Assembly: GCA_047495785.1 (NCBI GenBank)
Contig: JBLDXI010000042.1
Coordinates: forward strand, 1,736,001-1,800,000
DNA: 64,000 nt
DNA from: Lepidodermella squamata
Taxonomy: Eukaryota; Animalia; Gastrotricha
Reading direction: 5' to 3'
A program made the position numbers and the translations under genes. Position 1 is the first letter of the stretch; each line of letters opens with the position of its first letter. Of the stretch, positions 10,287 to 22,765 are shown piece by piece. A model generated the notes under the pieces. The model was given only the letters and a program-made list of their open reading frames with translations. It ran no database searches and was not told the origin of the DNA.

Positions 10287-11764
10287 TTTCGGAGTTCAAC
10301 AAAGTACAGCTGGGCTTTCTCAAATGCCAAGTCAAAGCTAAATTCCGTCATATCTCTCTGACCCTGATATTTCATCACGGCCATTCCAGCCAGAACTATA
10401 CTGACTTGATTGATAAAGTCTTTCTCCGACTTGTCCGAAAAAATAACACTAGCCGCTGCGACTGCCGCGCGGCCCCACAACTCGTTCAGGAGCTCCTTTG
10501 AATTACTGTTCAACTTGCTGCCCGAATGGCCCTTGCCCTGACTGGCACGCAAGGGACCATCCTGGCGTCGCTCGTCCTGACTGGCGCCCAAGCGACTGCT
10601 CGTTGACCCGCTATTGCTAATCCTCGACACATCCATCGACGACTCTGCCTCGAATTCCGACTCAAACTCGGCCTCGGCTTCGACCTGCTCAACTACTGGT
10701 GCCTTCTTGCCAGCCTCGGCGGCCTTCTTCGCTGCGTTGCGCTTCCGCCTTCGCACGTTCTTCCGCTGGCTTCTGCTCAACTGCGGTTTCACTACTTGCT
10801 GACTCGAACCCTGGGCTGGCTTGCCCGCCCCTGACCCTTGTGCTTTGGGTCCTTCGGTGGTTGACGAGGCCACCGGTTTCTCCGCACGCTTTTCCGCGCG
10901 TTTCTCCGCCTCAGCCTTGGCCTTTGCCCTGATCGCCTCTGCTTCCGCTAACTGCCTTCTCTTGTCTCTCGCTAAACCATCTCTTACATACTGCACGTAC
11001 GGACATCCGGCGTAGTTGGTGGTGTGTTTCTGCGTGCAGTTGCGACACCGCATCGCTTCACATACTTTAGCCTTCGCCGCCTCATCCGTCAGGCCTTGCT
11101 CAACGCAAGCCTTTTTCGCAATTACCACCGGGCAAGCTTCGTCGCCCCTGAAGTGCTCACCGCTACAATCGGGACAGGTTATCGTCTGGCTACATGACGT
11201 CCAGGAGTGGCCACTACCCTGGCACCGCTGGCAAATTTTCACCTGCGGGCTATAGTCTTTGACTTGCTGCACTCTGCTCGTCAGCGCAAAGAAGCCGATA
11301 TAACCATTTCTCAGTTGGGCGTCCGCTTCGTCCTTAGTTTTGAACTCAATAAGGTACGTGCTGTAGCCAGGCCTACCCTGCTTCAGCTTCACCACATAAA
11401 CTGCTCCAAAATTCTCCTTATAGTACTTTACTACATCCTCAGCAGGCGCCGACGACGGTATGTCGATGGCTTTCACCTTGCGTTCCTCAAGCTTGAAGTC
11501 CGCTTGAGCTTTCGGTTTTTCACCAGATAAAGCCGCCGGAGGATGGGCGTTCGCGTTTGCCCCGAATGCCGGCCTTGACGGGTCTTTCCATGACGGGCTT
11601 TCGTAAAATGCTTTCATTGAGGCCTCGTCGGCAAAAACAATCTGCCATCCGCCTTTCGGTTTCGGCAGCATCTTCACAACCCTGGCGCTCGGTGCTATCC
11701 TGTGAACTTCTTGATTCATCAAATACTCGCTATTGAATCGTTGGCCATCGATTCGATCAACCAT
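10271..11764 (-). CDS. LINE ORF1: gag-like nucleic-acid-binding protein (RRM-like region + three CCHC zinc knuckles), ~497 aa from first ATG
   Basis: CQRCQGSGHSWTSC, CPDCSGEHFRGDEAC, CRNCTQKHTTNYAGC; overlaps ORF2 by 16 nt. The track's 11860 start lies outside the element. Confidence 0.9.
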   Translation of the reverse strand: MVDRIDGQRFNSEYLMNQEVHRIAPSARVVKMLPKPKGGWQIVFADEASMKAFYESPSWKDPSRPAFGANANAHPPAALSGEKPKAQADFKLEERKVKAIDIPSSAPAEDVVKYYKENFGAVYVVKLKQGRPGYSTYLIEFKTKDEADAQLRNGYIGFFALTSRVQQVKDYSPQVKICQRCQGSGHSWTSCSQTITCPDCSGEHFRGDEACPVVIAKKACVEQGLTDEAAKAKVCEAMRCRNCTQKHTTNYAGCPYVQYVRDGLARDKRRQLAEAEAIRAKAKAEAEKRAEKRAEKPVASSTTEGPKAQGSGAGKPAQGSSQQVVKPQLSRSQRKNVRRRKRNAAKKAAEAGKKAPVVEQVEAEAEFESEFEAESSMDVSRISNSGSTSSRLGASQDERRQDGPLRASQGKGHSGSKLNSNSKELLNELWGRAAVAAASVIFSDKSEKDFINQVSIVLAGMAVMKYQGQRDMTEFSFDLAFEKAQLYFVELRKCQDQ

Positions 11765-12562
11765 GGCGCTCAACTTCCAATTAATCGTCGGTTTGCCTCG
11801 CCAGTTGCCTGGTTTAGCGCAGGGAGCGATAAGTACGGGGAGAGTTTTCAAAATTACCAAAGTTTAAGTGATACTTTTTTATTGGGGTCCCGTGCTACGA
11901 TGGGTTACGTTCCGTCCTGGTCAATGATTTGCATATGCACACGTGCTTGTGTGTGCAACAAATGCTGTGCGCGCGTGCAAATCGACACAAAAAAACTAGC
12001 AACAGGAGCTGGGCGCGATCGCTTAGCGCTAAAATTGCAGTACTGTTGATGATCCTTCGCAGTAAAAACTGTCGCGCATATGCAAATCAACGCTATTTCT
12101 TTGCCGCATCTCACTAAAAAAGGTGGTGATTGCTTTTTGATTGAAGATTACGCATTATCGCCGGTTAGTTATTATGCCCGTTTTACTCTCCGGTAGTTTA
12201 CTGCGATGAAGCTAGTTTTTTGGAAGGGCACCCCGGCCCCCTGGGGAAAGCTGGCTGGTAGGTTTTTGGCAGGCCTTTCACAAGGTCTTCAAAAAGCTGC
12301 CAGCTAAGTTTTCCCCAGGGGGCTGAGGGTGCTCTTTTTAAAGCTAGTTTTATCAAAGTGTAATTTTCATTTATCAAAGTCTAGGGTATCATGATTTAGG
12401 CGGTTTTTATACCAAATTATTTATTTGATTCCATAAATAGAAATACGTGACTCCTGAAAAAGGTCATTTTTAATTCGGACGCAACGATCGCGTGCCATTT
12501 TAGTTCCGTTCGGATATTTTTTAAAAGCCTTCATTCGAGTTTTTTTCAACATCATATTAAAC

Positions 12563-14706
12563 ATGATGAAAGCTTCAGGTCTTTTCTTTTTATTTTGCCT
12601 CTTTGGAGGTGTTTCGTGCCAATGGAAGCGCTGTATGTCACTTCTCGACAACTCATTCATTGACTGTGCGATGTCTTGTGATTTATTGAATGAATATCAG
12701 GTTTTTTTAATGATTTTTTCACCTTTTCATCATCATTGGCAACCAATTTTTCTATTTGTAGTCCGGCTCCAGCATTTCCACTTATGATTTGTGTCGAAGT
12801 GGGGTGAGCAATCATGAAACACTAATTCCAAATCAGATTTCATTTCCCGGAACAGAATGGCCGCATGTGTTACAAATTTGCCACCTTAACTCCTAGTTGC
12901 CGCCCAGGAATTGTTCCGTGCAAAGCTCCGGATGAAATATCGGTGCGTTATTGTGTACATTTATTCTAGCCTATCGCTTTTTTCTCGATCAGTTTCAGCC
13001 TTTCTACAGCCGATCGATACTTCGCTCAAGTTTGCAATTCTGCGAAGTCGACAGGACTAATTTTGCGGTATTTTGCGATTTGAATTAATTAAATTAATTA
13101 AAACTTGTATTTGTTCCAGATTCAAAATTTCAAGCAGTGCTCATTGAATGGCACTCTGGTCACTTGCGTCCCAATCAATCAAACGTGCCCTGACATCACT
13201 GTAAGTCTTGTTTAAAAGCGTTTGAAAATTAACAGTGATGTCTGTGAACTATTCAGAAAAAATTAATTAATTCATGAAACCTCAAAGTATAATAAAAAAT
13301 TAGTTTGAAAAATCAATTCCCGTATCCGAAATGTATTTATCGAAATTCCTAAATTTAGGGAGATGGGGGAATAATTTTGTAAATATTATCTTTTTGGGAA
13401 TTCCGCTTTATCTGTCTTATACATGTAATTTTATTTTTGTTCACAAGGCTACTGGTGCTCGAACATATTCCAACCTTGCAACTTGCGTCGACGGGAAGAG
13501 TGAATTTCCTAATTCATTAATTTTGCTCTTGTAGATCAATTTATTTTCAGTTCTGGTGCCAGACAGTGAGAAGCCTCATGTTCGCTGTTTCAGCAACCCT
13601 GGTCGAATCTTCAATGGCTGTCGCCTCAGCTCAATCGGCTGCTTTCCTAACAATGAGACCCAAGAAGCATCCCCGAAGCCGTACATCAACCGAGATAACT
13701 GCCTTCGAGGGGTAAGTTCAATTTCGAACTCAATTCTCTCAGTCATAGCCCGACTGTTGATTCCAGGCTGCAGCTCAGTGCGACTCAAACGGAACGAAGC
13801 TTTGCGTTGGAAGAGAATGCCCTGCGGGATCGACCCAGGTAACAAACATTTTTGAAAGTTTTCTTTCGAGAAACTCAAAATTGGAAGAAAAATTGAAATT
13901 AGTAGCCTTGTCCTTTTTATGCCTTATTTTCGTGCAGTCCGATAGGGCTCCTAGAAGTGAAGCAAAATTCATTTTGAGTTTCTTTAATCCAACTGGAATT
14001 TACAAATTTCCTTGTAATTAGGTTAAAATCCTCAGCCTTCGTAATAAAATGGAAGAAAATGTGACAATCAAGTGGATTTTTGGAATTTGTGCTATACCCA
14101 TTTTTGTCTTTCAGTGGAAGCTCTACTTTAATACGACAGCCTTCCAAACAAATTACGAGACTTGCTTAGCAGATATTAAGCCGGTATGTTTGTAGTGATT
14201 TGTTGGCGTTTTGTGGCCGTGAAATTGCGTTTTTTCACCAGCCAGTCTTTTTTCGGTGTCTCGGACCAAACGGCGTTGTTACATGCCGACCTTTAGATTG
14301 CAACGTTGACGAGAAGAAATATCCAAAGAAAAACTTCACCAGCCAATCAGCTTGTCAAAACGCAGTGAAAACAGTGCAATTTTTCGGTGGAGCCTTTACT
14401 CGTTCTTCAGGAGACGGTAATTGCAAGCTGTTCGGTGGGCTATTGGTGACTATCAAAACGCAGGCGGATCTTGACAGAGCCTTGAAAGATCTTATTGCCA
14501 CGACGTTTGGCCACATTGGCTTGTCCAATAAGTCTGGAAATTGGACGTGGGACGACGGCACGCCGTATACCAACTTCCCGCCCTGGGATTCTGGCGAGCC
14601 CAATTTCGGCGCTGATGCCTGTGCCATGCTATACGATGCTGGGGTCATCCAAGACTCGGGCTGTGACGTTAAAGCGAGCGGTTTTTTTTGTGAAACCTTT
14701 GCTTGA
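12563..14706 (+). CDS. Type A secreted C-type lectin, apparently identical copy of 3126-5269
   Basis: Same exons shifted by 9437 bp. Confidence 0.9.
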
Positions 14707-15532
14707 AGCTGAAGAAACTTATCGAACTATATTACGAGCTGATTTGACATTTGACATTTGACTGTCAACTCCTTCCGTGTTGAATATTTAAATGCTGCAA
14801 TGTATTAAAAATTTATTTTGAGAAATTCTATGCCTTGAACTCCTTGAATACATACGATATTAATTGTGAAAATAAAATATTATGTTTGGCCCGACTCTTT
14901 TAAATCCTCATTCGAAGCTCTTCGCCCCTCATTATTGGCAACGGAGAAAATAAAACTTGTGAACAGTGGCGTTTATAAGGCCTTCTAAACTTTTTTTAGA
15001 CCTCATCATCGTAGATTTTGACGCCTTAGGAATACCCCAGACGCTACTGCATATTTTCCTGCTACAGTTGCCGTTGGATGAAAACTCCGTGTTATTGAAA
15101 CAGGGACTATACCTGGCATTCTAACAGCTTCGTTGATAGTGGTTAAGGTTTAGTGCTCAGGCTAAACATCAGATGCGATATTCGTGCGTCGGTTCCATTT
15201 CTACTGGCTACTTTCAAAGAACAATTTTGCAGAGACTCAATGATGCCAGGTTCAGCAACCAGAAAATGCATCCATTCGAGCAGGCGTCAGTCGTGTAACG
15301 GTTTAGCATGGTGATGGTTGCCTTCCAAGAATAATCATCTGGCTCACGGCGTAGACACGGCTAGTAAAATTAACGCTGATATTCCCCAAATCAGAGTGCG
15401 AGAGGTCCCATGATTCACCTCAACGCGCTCAAAAGGTAACTAATTCACCTCGCAAAGCATCTGAAGCTTCGCAAAGAAAGCAGAGAAAGGTCGAGGTTGA
15501 TGAGGGAATTTCACATGTTCGCTATTTTAACC

Positions 15533-17336
15533 GCTCAATTCCGGGCCCATATTAGTTCCGTCCAGTCAGAGGGTAAAAGTGGACTTAGCGCAAAACGCGC
15601 ATAAGTCGAAATTTTTAGAAATTTCAAGGCCGCGTGCGGTAAAGTCAAAGGGCAAGTTTTAGAGGTTTATTACACTTTGATAGAATAGAAAATTACACTT
15701 TGATGGCTGTGTAAATTACACTTTGATAAGTAGATGAATCATATTATTGTCGATTTTTTTTCTGCTGCGCTGCTTTTCTCTTCGAGAAAATACGCTAAGT
15801 CAGAGATTTCAGCTGATAGCTGATCACTCAAACAACAAGACAATACTTTGCCCCATTACCATGCGAGCGGAGCGAGCATGTGAGCCGGCCTCGGTAGTTT
15901 TTGTGTTGAGTCATAATGAAGTGTTGGTTTATTAGGTAAATTAGAAAAACAATTCCTCAGCCCGCAGGCTAAATAGGAGATTACCGGGCTGTTAGTGGCC
16001 CCTCAGTGTTAGCAAATTGAATATGCACAGCTACGGCTCCGCGTATTAAGCGAGGTCGACAGAATGACAAATAACTATAAATATACAGTGTTCATTATAA
16101 TGTTAATACGGGAATACTTCCAAGCCAACGCCTCGGGCCGCCGCTTTGCGCGTGCCGCCACCCGAGGCCCAACCGCTGCCTGCATCGACGAAAATCTACA
16201 GATAGTCCATCAGCCACCAAAAGGAACCAACCACTCATTGCCTCGGGCCGCCGTTTGGTGCGTGCCGCCACCCGAGGCCCAACTGCTACCAGGATCGACG
16301 ATCCGCAAACTAAGAACATGCCTTAAGGACCATGCCTCGGCATTACAATTCAATTTTAAAAAGTCTAAGATCTAGGACAAGAAAACAGAAAACATAGCCG
16401 GACTCGAACCGGGGCCGGCACATAACAAAATACGATTTAACCGGACCCGAACCGATTGCCTTTCACATACATAGAGATTTTGAAAAGATAATTTGAAAAG
16501 ACCTAGGGGACTAGAGAAAGAAATAAGATAGAAGAGAGGAACTGAGAGGGAACCTACAGCGCACGGATAGCATCTATCCGCCACTAGTCAGGAACCGGAA
16601 AGGTCCGGCCGCGCAGGGAGCGATAAGTACGGGGAGAGTTTTCAAAATTACCAAAGTTTAAGTGATACTTTTTTATTGGGGTCCCGTGCTACGATGGGTT
16701 ACGTTCCGTCCTGGTCAATGATTTGCATATGCACACGTGCTTGTGTGTGCAACAAATGCTGTGCGCGCGTGCAAATCGACACAAAAAAACTAGCAACAGG
16801 AGCTGGGCGCGATCGCTTAGCGCTAAAATTGCAGTACTGTTGATGATCCTTCGCAGTAAAAACTGTCGCGCATATGCAAATCAACGCTATTTCTTTGCCG
16901 CATCTCACTAAAAAAGGTGGTGATTGCTTTTTGATTGAAGATTACGCATTATCGCCGGTTAGTTATTATGCCCGTTTTACTCTCCGGTAGTTTACTGCGA
17001 TGAAGCTAGTTTTTTGGAAGGGCACCCCGGCCCCCTGGGGAAAGCTGGCTGGTAGGTTTTTGGCAGGCCTTTCACAAGGTCTTCAAAAAGCTGCCAGCTA
17101 AGTTTTCCCCAGGGGGCTGAGGGTGCTCTTTTTAAAGCTAGTTTTATCAAAGTGTAATTTTCATTTATCAAAGTCTAGGGTATCATGATTTAGGCGGTTT
17201 TTATACCAAACGAAAGTTCAGAAAATTCTCTATAGAATAGATATGGATTTCTGGCGTGAAAAGTCCACTTTTACCCTCCAATTGCGCAACCGACGCTTGG
17301 GGGCCGGACGGAACTAATATGGGCCCGGAATTGAGC
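15533..17336. mobile_element. Full-length non-autonomous MULE-like element, 1804 bp
   Basis: Perfect 31-bp TIRs (15533-15563 / 17306-17336), 9-bp TSD ATTTTAACC on both sides, inverted subterminal motifs GAGGGTAAAAGTGGACTT and ATTACACTTTGAT; no transposase ORF. Confidence 0.88.
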
Positions 17337-17834
17337 ATTTTAACCATAGCTTGAATTTCCAAAGTCCAAAGCCCCAGATTTGCAAAAATCCTGATGTTTC
17401 ATGATTTATTGTGATTTACCGGTGTCAATTATGATTGATTTGATTGATTTATTTATTTATTTGGTTCCGCGAAAATAGGTCATTGGTTGATTTTGATTGA
17501 TTGAAGGAGGTCCGTGATTTAAGTGACAACGCAAATACAATCAAATCCAAAGCGCTGACCCTCAGCAGGACTGAAACCGACGCGCAGATCCAGCACTAAA
17601 CCGTATTCACTAATAATAATTGCCCAATGATTGCTCGACAAGCTTGAAAGGGTTGAACGAAACGTTATTTAATATCGTAATTTATTATTCTTGTCTCCAT
17701 TAATATCGTATTTTAGTTGAAGAAATTGATATTCTTAAAATGGAATGTTACATAGCAGAATTTAAATATTCAACACAAAGAGAGTTTAAAGTCAAATGTC
17801 GACTCTTAATATAGTCCGATAAGTTTCTTCAGCT

Positions 17835-20800
17835 TCAAGCGTAGGTTTCACAAAAAGAACCGCTCGCGCGAACGTTACAGTCCGAGTCTTTAAGGACCCC
17901 GCCTTGGTAAAGATAGGCGCAGGCATTTGTGCCGAAATTGGGCTCGCCAGAATCCCAGGGCGGAAAGTTGGCATAAGGCGTACCGTCGTCCCACGCCCAA
18001 TTTCCAGACTTATTTGTCAAGCCAATGTGGGCGAAAGCAGATAAGCCAAGATCTGCCAAGGCTTTGTCAAGCTCCTCCTGCGTTTGGATAGTCGCCAATA
18101 GCCCACCGGACCGCTTGCAATTTGTGTCGGCTGTAGTGCGAAAAAAGGCTCCAGGGAGATATTCCACGGTTTTGACTGCGTTTTCACAAGCTGATTGGCT
18201 TGTGAAGGCTTTCGACGGGAATTTCCTTTCATCAACGTTGCACTCGATTGATCGGCACGTAACAACGCCGTTTGGTCCGATACACCTATAATAGACGGCC
18301 TGAAGCAGAATTCACAAAATTCCACGTCAACGGAAATGTAAAAAATGGCTGAAAACTTACCGGATTAAGGTTTGCTAAACAATTATCGTAATTTAATTGG
18401 AAGGATGTCGTATTAAAGTAGAGCTTCATCTGAAAAGACAGCATCAAACACAAATTTCAATAATTTGTATGAAAGTAAAATCGTCCTTGATTCTATCTAG
18501 AATGGTGAGGATTTTTGACAAACGAAAGTACGAAGGAAAATGTCCTGGCTTCCAGAATTCGGCTTCGAAACGGCCCCTTACGGATAGCAAATGGGCGAAG
18601 AGCCCTTGTTTTTTACAGCTTATTTACGGCTCCTTGCAATTAAAATTAACAACGGTGCGATTACATTCAGCGCGCGAAGTATGATCCTCGAACTAGGGAG
18701 TATTTTCAGGCCAGAATTTTATGACCAAAGGGTCCCCCTGGGGTCCTTTCGATGCTTTCTACCTTGGCCTGCCGAACTGGGGGTACGATGTACGATATCC
18801 CTCACTTTTTAAGGAGTTCATAGACAATTCGAACTAGCCTCCATTTATCGTTTCGAGTGGAATTCTTATATCTCCTAATTTCTAATGTACCAGAGGTAGA
18901 ATTTAGTTGATTTGAAATGGTTTTTTCAAATTTCTAGTCTTCTAGTCTTCACGTATTGGCGCTATGATCGGTCAGTTTACGAATTGTACATCTTGTATAG
19001 CCGATGTCGATTCTAAGAAGTATCGAATTTTGAGATCAGTGATTTTCCCGATATCAACCGTCTTGGAAATCAACGGCGATAATTTCTACGTCAGGGCACC
19101 ATGTAGCTTGTAAAAATCCTAGGATCAGGGATGGCATTAGTATCGATCAAAAATCGAAACTCGCCGAAATCGTAAATAATCTGAAAAATATAGCGCCTGG
19201 CCCCGTAAATTGAGTGCTGGAACCTCATTATTCGTGGTGGAAATATTTAGACCAAAAAATGTAACCTAGAGTTAAAAGAATAATTACTGGGCAATTCCAG
19301 TGGGTTTAAAAAACTCAAAATGAAGTTGGTTTCACTTTTAAAAAATCCCTAACGAGCGCGGGCAACGAGCGCGCGCGCAAAAATGAGCGGAAATTATGGG
19401 TCAATCTAAATATTTTGTAAAAGGCAATTTCGCTTATTCGCCTGTTTTTTTCAATTTTGAGTTTCTCAAGAGATGATATGGGTGAATACTTTCAAAAATG
19501 GGTGCTACCTGGGTCGATCCCGCAGGACATTCTCTTCCAACGCAAAGCTTCGTTCCGCTTGAGTCACACTGAGCGGCAGCCTGGAATGAATCAACGGTCC
19601 TTCATCTGCCTTAAAGAATTTAGCTCGAAATTAAGCTTACCCCTCGCAGGCAGTTTTCACGGTTGATGTACGGCTTTGGGGCTGCTTCCTGGGTCTCGTT
19701 ACTAGCCGAGCAGCCGACTGAACTGAGACGACAGCCATTGAAGACTCGACCAGGGTTGCTGAAACAGCGAACATGTGGCTTCTCACTGTCTGGCACCAGA
19801 ACTGAAAATAAATTGAGCTACAAGAGGACAATGATAATTTATTGAATCACTTTTCCCATCGACGCAAGTTGCAAGGTTGGAAAATGTTTGAACACCGGTA
19901 GCCTGGTGAGAAAAGAAAAAAAAAGCCAATTTAATGCTACAGATTTTTTTAGGCGACAATCAGACAAGACAATAAGAGCGGAATTCTCAAAAATTTAACA
20001 TTCATGAAATATTTTCAAAATATTTAGAATTTCATATTACCACTGTCCTGAAATTCCTGAAATTTTAGAATTTTGGTAAATACCTGTTACCTTGAATTCA
20101 AAATTTGTGTTTTCATAGACTGATTTATTCTTTCATTCTCGGAACTCGATAATCTAAACGAAGCTATTTTAAAAAATTTCGGAGCTACGTAGTTCATAAT
20201 AGTTCGCGAAAATCACTGTAAGGTTCGAATAAATGAAGCACATACCGTGCTGTTAGGGCACGTTTGGTTGATTGGGACGCACGTGGCAGGCAAGCCATTC
20301 AATGAGCACTGCTTGAATTTTTGATTCTGAAAAATACAGATTCGAATTTTAGCGATCAATTCATAAAAATCGAAACGTACGGCAAAATTATTTCTATCAG
20401 CTTCACATAATTGCAAACTCGAGCGAAGTAGTGATCGGCTGTAGAATGGCTGGAACTGATCAAGAAAACAGTTATAGGCTAGAAAAATGTTTCAAAATAT
20501 CGTACCGATATTTCATCCGGAGCTTTGCATGGAACAATTCCTGGGCGGCAACTTGGGGTTAGGGCAGCGAATTTGTAACACATGCGACCATTCTGTTCAG
20601 GAAATTAAAATCAGATCTGAAATGAAAGTTTGAGTATTACTCACCCCACTTCGACACAAATCAAAAGTGGAAATACTGGCACCAGACTAAATAAGAACAA
20701 TTGGTCCTAAAAATTGGGAAATGATCAAAAAATGTCAAAATAACCTGATATTCCTTCAATAAATCACAAGACATCGAACAGTCAATGAATGAGTTGTCGA

Positions 20801-20882
20801 GAAGTGACATACAGCGCTTCCATTGGCACGAAACACCTCCAAATAGACAAAATAAAAAGAAAAGACCTGAAGCTTTCATCAT
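17835..20882 (-). CDS. Type A secreted C-type lectin, 10 exons, intact, EPN-type CTLD; enlarged intron 8
   Basis: MMKASGLFF start at 20882; all ten exons recovered with GT-AG sites; terminal exon 18299-17835. Confidence 0.88.
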
Positions 20883-21394
20883 GTTTAATATGATGTTGAA
20901 AAAACTCAAATAAAGGCTTTTAAAAAATACTCCAACAAATTTAATCACGTAGGAGCACGCGAAATCTGCGTCCGAATTCAATATGGTCTGTTTACATGAA
21001 TCACGTATTTTTTCTATTTACAGAAATAGAATAAACACGTGGCCTCACAACAACTGCTGATAATACGAACAAAATTGCGAACAAAACAACAGTGGAAATT
21101 AGAGTTTAGAGGCACTTTCTTATAAAGTAGACCTGTTTACGATCGAAAAGGATTAGCGCCCAAGATGATGCCATTTTTTTTCTTTTTCAAAATAAATGTA
21201 CGGCGACCTTGATAAAAGCACCCCTCGTTAAACGAAAGAGTCTGGCGTCGGACCCCGTTTTTACACCAGACTTGCGTTTCTTATTGAAACCACGGTGTGC
21301 TTGAAACTAATTACACTTTTACTGCCAAAAGTAGACTGCGAGATCGATATTTGGATCCAAATCCTGTGCGTGTTAAAATCGATTTATTTAAAGA

Positions 21395-21634
21395 CAACGA
21401 TGCGTCGTAGGGCAAAACGCCTGACGGCGCTGAATATAGTGAAATTTCGATTCCGCCATAATCTTGGTCTAATAATTAGGTGCAATTCTCATTTTTGGCT
21501 CTAATCTAAAATTTCACAGTCATTGTCAAAGACCTTCTCAGACCTTGTGGCCCCAAATTTGGTGTCAACAGAACCGGGCCATGGCCTACATGTCAGCCCG
21601 CCGTCAGGCGTTTTGCCATGCGACGCATTCGTTG
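21395..21634. mobile_element. MITE-like element with ~35-bp imperfect terminal inverted repeats
   Basis: ATGCGTCGTAGGGCAAAACGCCTGACGGC versus GCCGTCAGGCGTTTTGCCATGCGACGCAT; TSD not resolved. Confidence 0.55.
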
Positions 21635-22765
21635 CCGGGTTGAAACGTATGACTATACGAGTTTACGCGTTATGGTAAATGGGGTGCTTATTTCAATGAT
21701 TTATCAATTGATATCTGGACCTTAAACACCTTAACGGCAGCCCCTTTTTATTTGACAACAAAAAAGCTAATTTTCTTTGCCTTTTTCTGTTCCTATTGAA
21801 CCGATCGAGTTTATTGTTTGCAGCAATCAATAAAATATGATCGGGAAGCATGAAAACACAAAAAAGTCGAATCACAGGTGATGACGAACTCGTGCATTTC
21901 GCGTCGATTTTGTTCATCGCCCAGAAGTAGGCCGTGTACAATTTCAGCCAAGTCCGTAAAAGGGTAATTGTCTGGCATAGATCACCTTCAAGATAATTGT
22001 CTCACAAAAAATCTGCAATGCCAGCATTTTCAAAAATGATCATTCATAAACGAAAAATCAAAATTTTTGCGAATTTGCAATGTTTCAAATCGGAAGAGAC
22101 GTATATATTTTTTCAAGTCCCAACAATTTTTCGCAAAACTTTTAAACTTCAAATTTGAGAGATCAAACTCGATAATTTATTATTTTTTATGATTTTATGT
22201 CAGAGGTCAGTAAAAATGGTACTGCGATGATGTTTGATTGGTCGACGAGTTCATAAATCGGCAGCAATTTTATTGGCGATCAAGGGAGAAAGCCGTCGGT
22301 ATCGCAATGTATCACATGACTGATGCTGAAAACTAATCAGGAAAATCGACTGCGCTCGATAAGCCACTTCACTAAATGCGTGCTTTTTATAGCCATATCG
22401 TATGATTATTAATTTGGTATCAACAACATGAGCACTTGGGCGTCAGCATCCACCTACTTCTTCCTACTATCTGTTAGATGAGCCAGCAGAAATAAAATTA
22501 AAGTAAATTTTAAAAAAAGTTGGTTCTATTTGCCAGTAGGGATTTTCAAGCAAGCTTTTATACCGAGGTTTTACCGGCAAAGTCTGCCCCGTATTATGCA
22601 CGTACCTAAATTTATTGCCCATAGCTCAATTCTGTAATTACGAGGCTGTCACTGCGAACAGTAAAACGAAGCGCCTAATAAATCATTGGAATGCTAATGA
22701 TCTCAAGGCACGCGAGAATTTCCGATTTTCAAACCATTCTATAAAATTTCATTTTTTCACAAACC

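Larger units (their letters stand above)
7185..11816 (-). mobile_element. Non-LTR retrotransposon (LINE, I/Jockey group), 4632 bp, both ORFs open
   Basis: 11-bp TSD GCGCAGGGAGC at 7174-7184 and 11817-11827; 3' A8 tail (T8 at 7185-7192) just downstream of AATAAA; empty sites in the other two repeat units. Confidence 0.97.
6096..12416. mobile_element. Second truncated copy of the MULE-like element, interrupted by the LINE
   Basis: Same left TIR at 6096; element sequence resumes after the LINE at 11817. Confidence 0.85.
1..17210. repeat. Tandem triplication of a 4794-bp unit (type A lectin gene + 3' flank + MULE-like element); units <1-2979, 2980-12416 (plus 4643-bp LINE+TSD), 12417-17210
   Basis: Identical ORFs recur at offsets of 4794 and 9437 (=4794+4643). 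The junction ...TATACCAAA|TTATTTATTTG occurs at 2979/2980 and 12416/12417, whereas the last copy continues ...TATACCAAA|CGAAAG into the element's right end. Confidence 0.95.

Noticed and set aside
11765-11860. ORF1 extension to 11860 (529 aa in the ORF track)
   Set aside because: It begins at a TTG in flanking host-element DNA beyond the TSD. The first ATG inside the LINE is at 11764.
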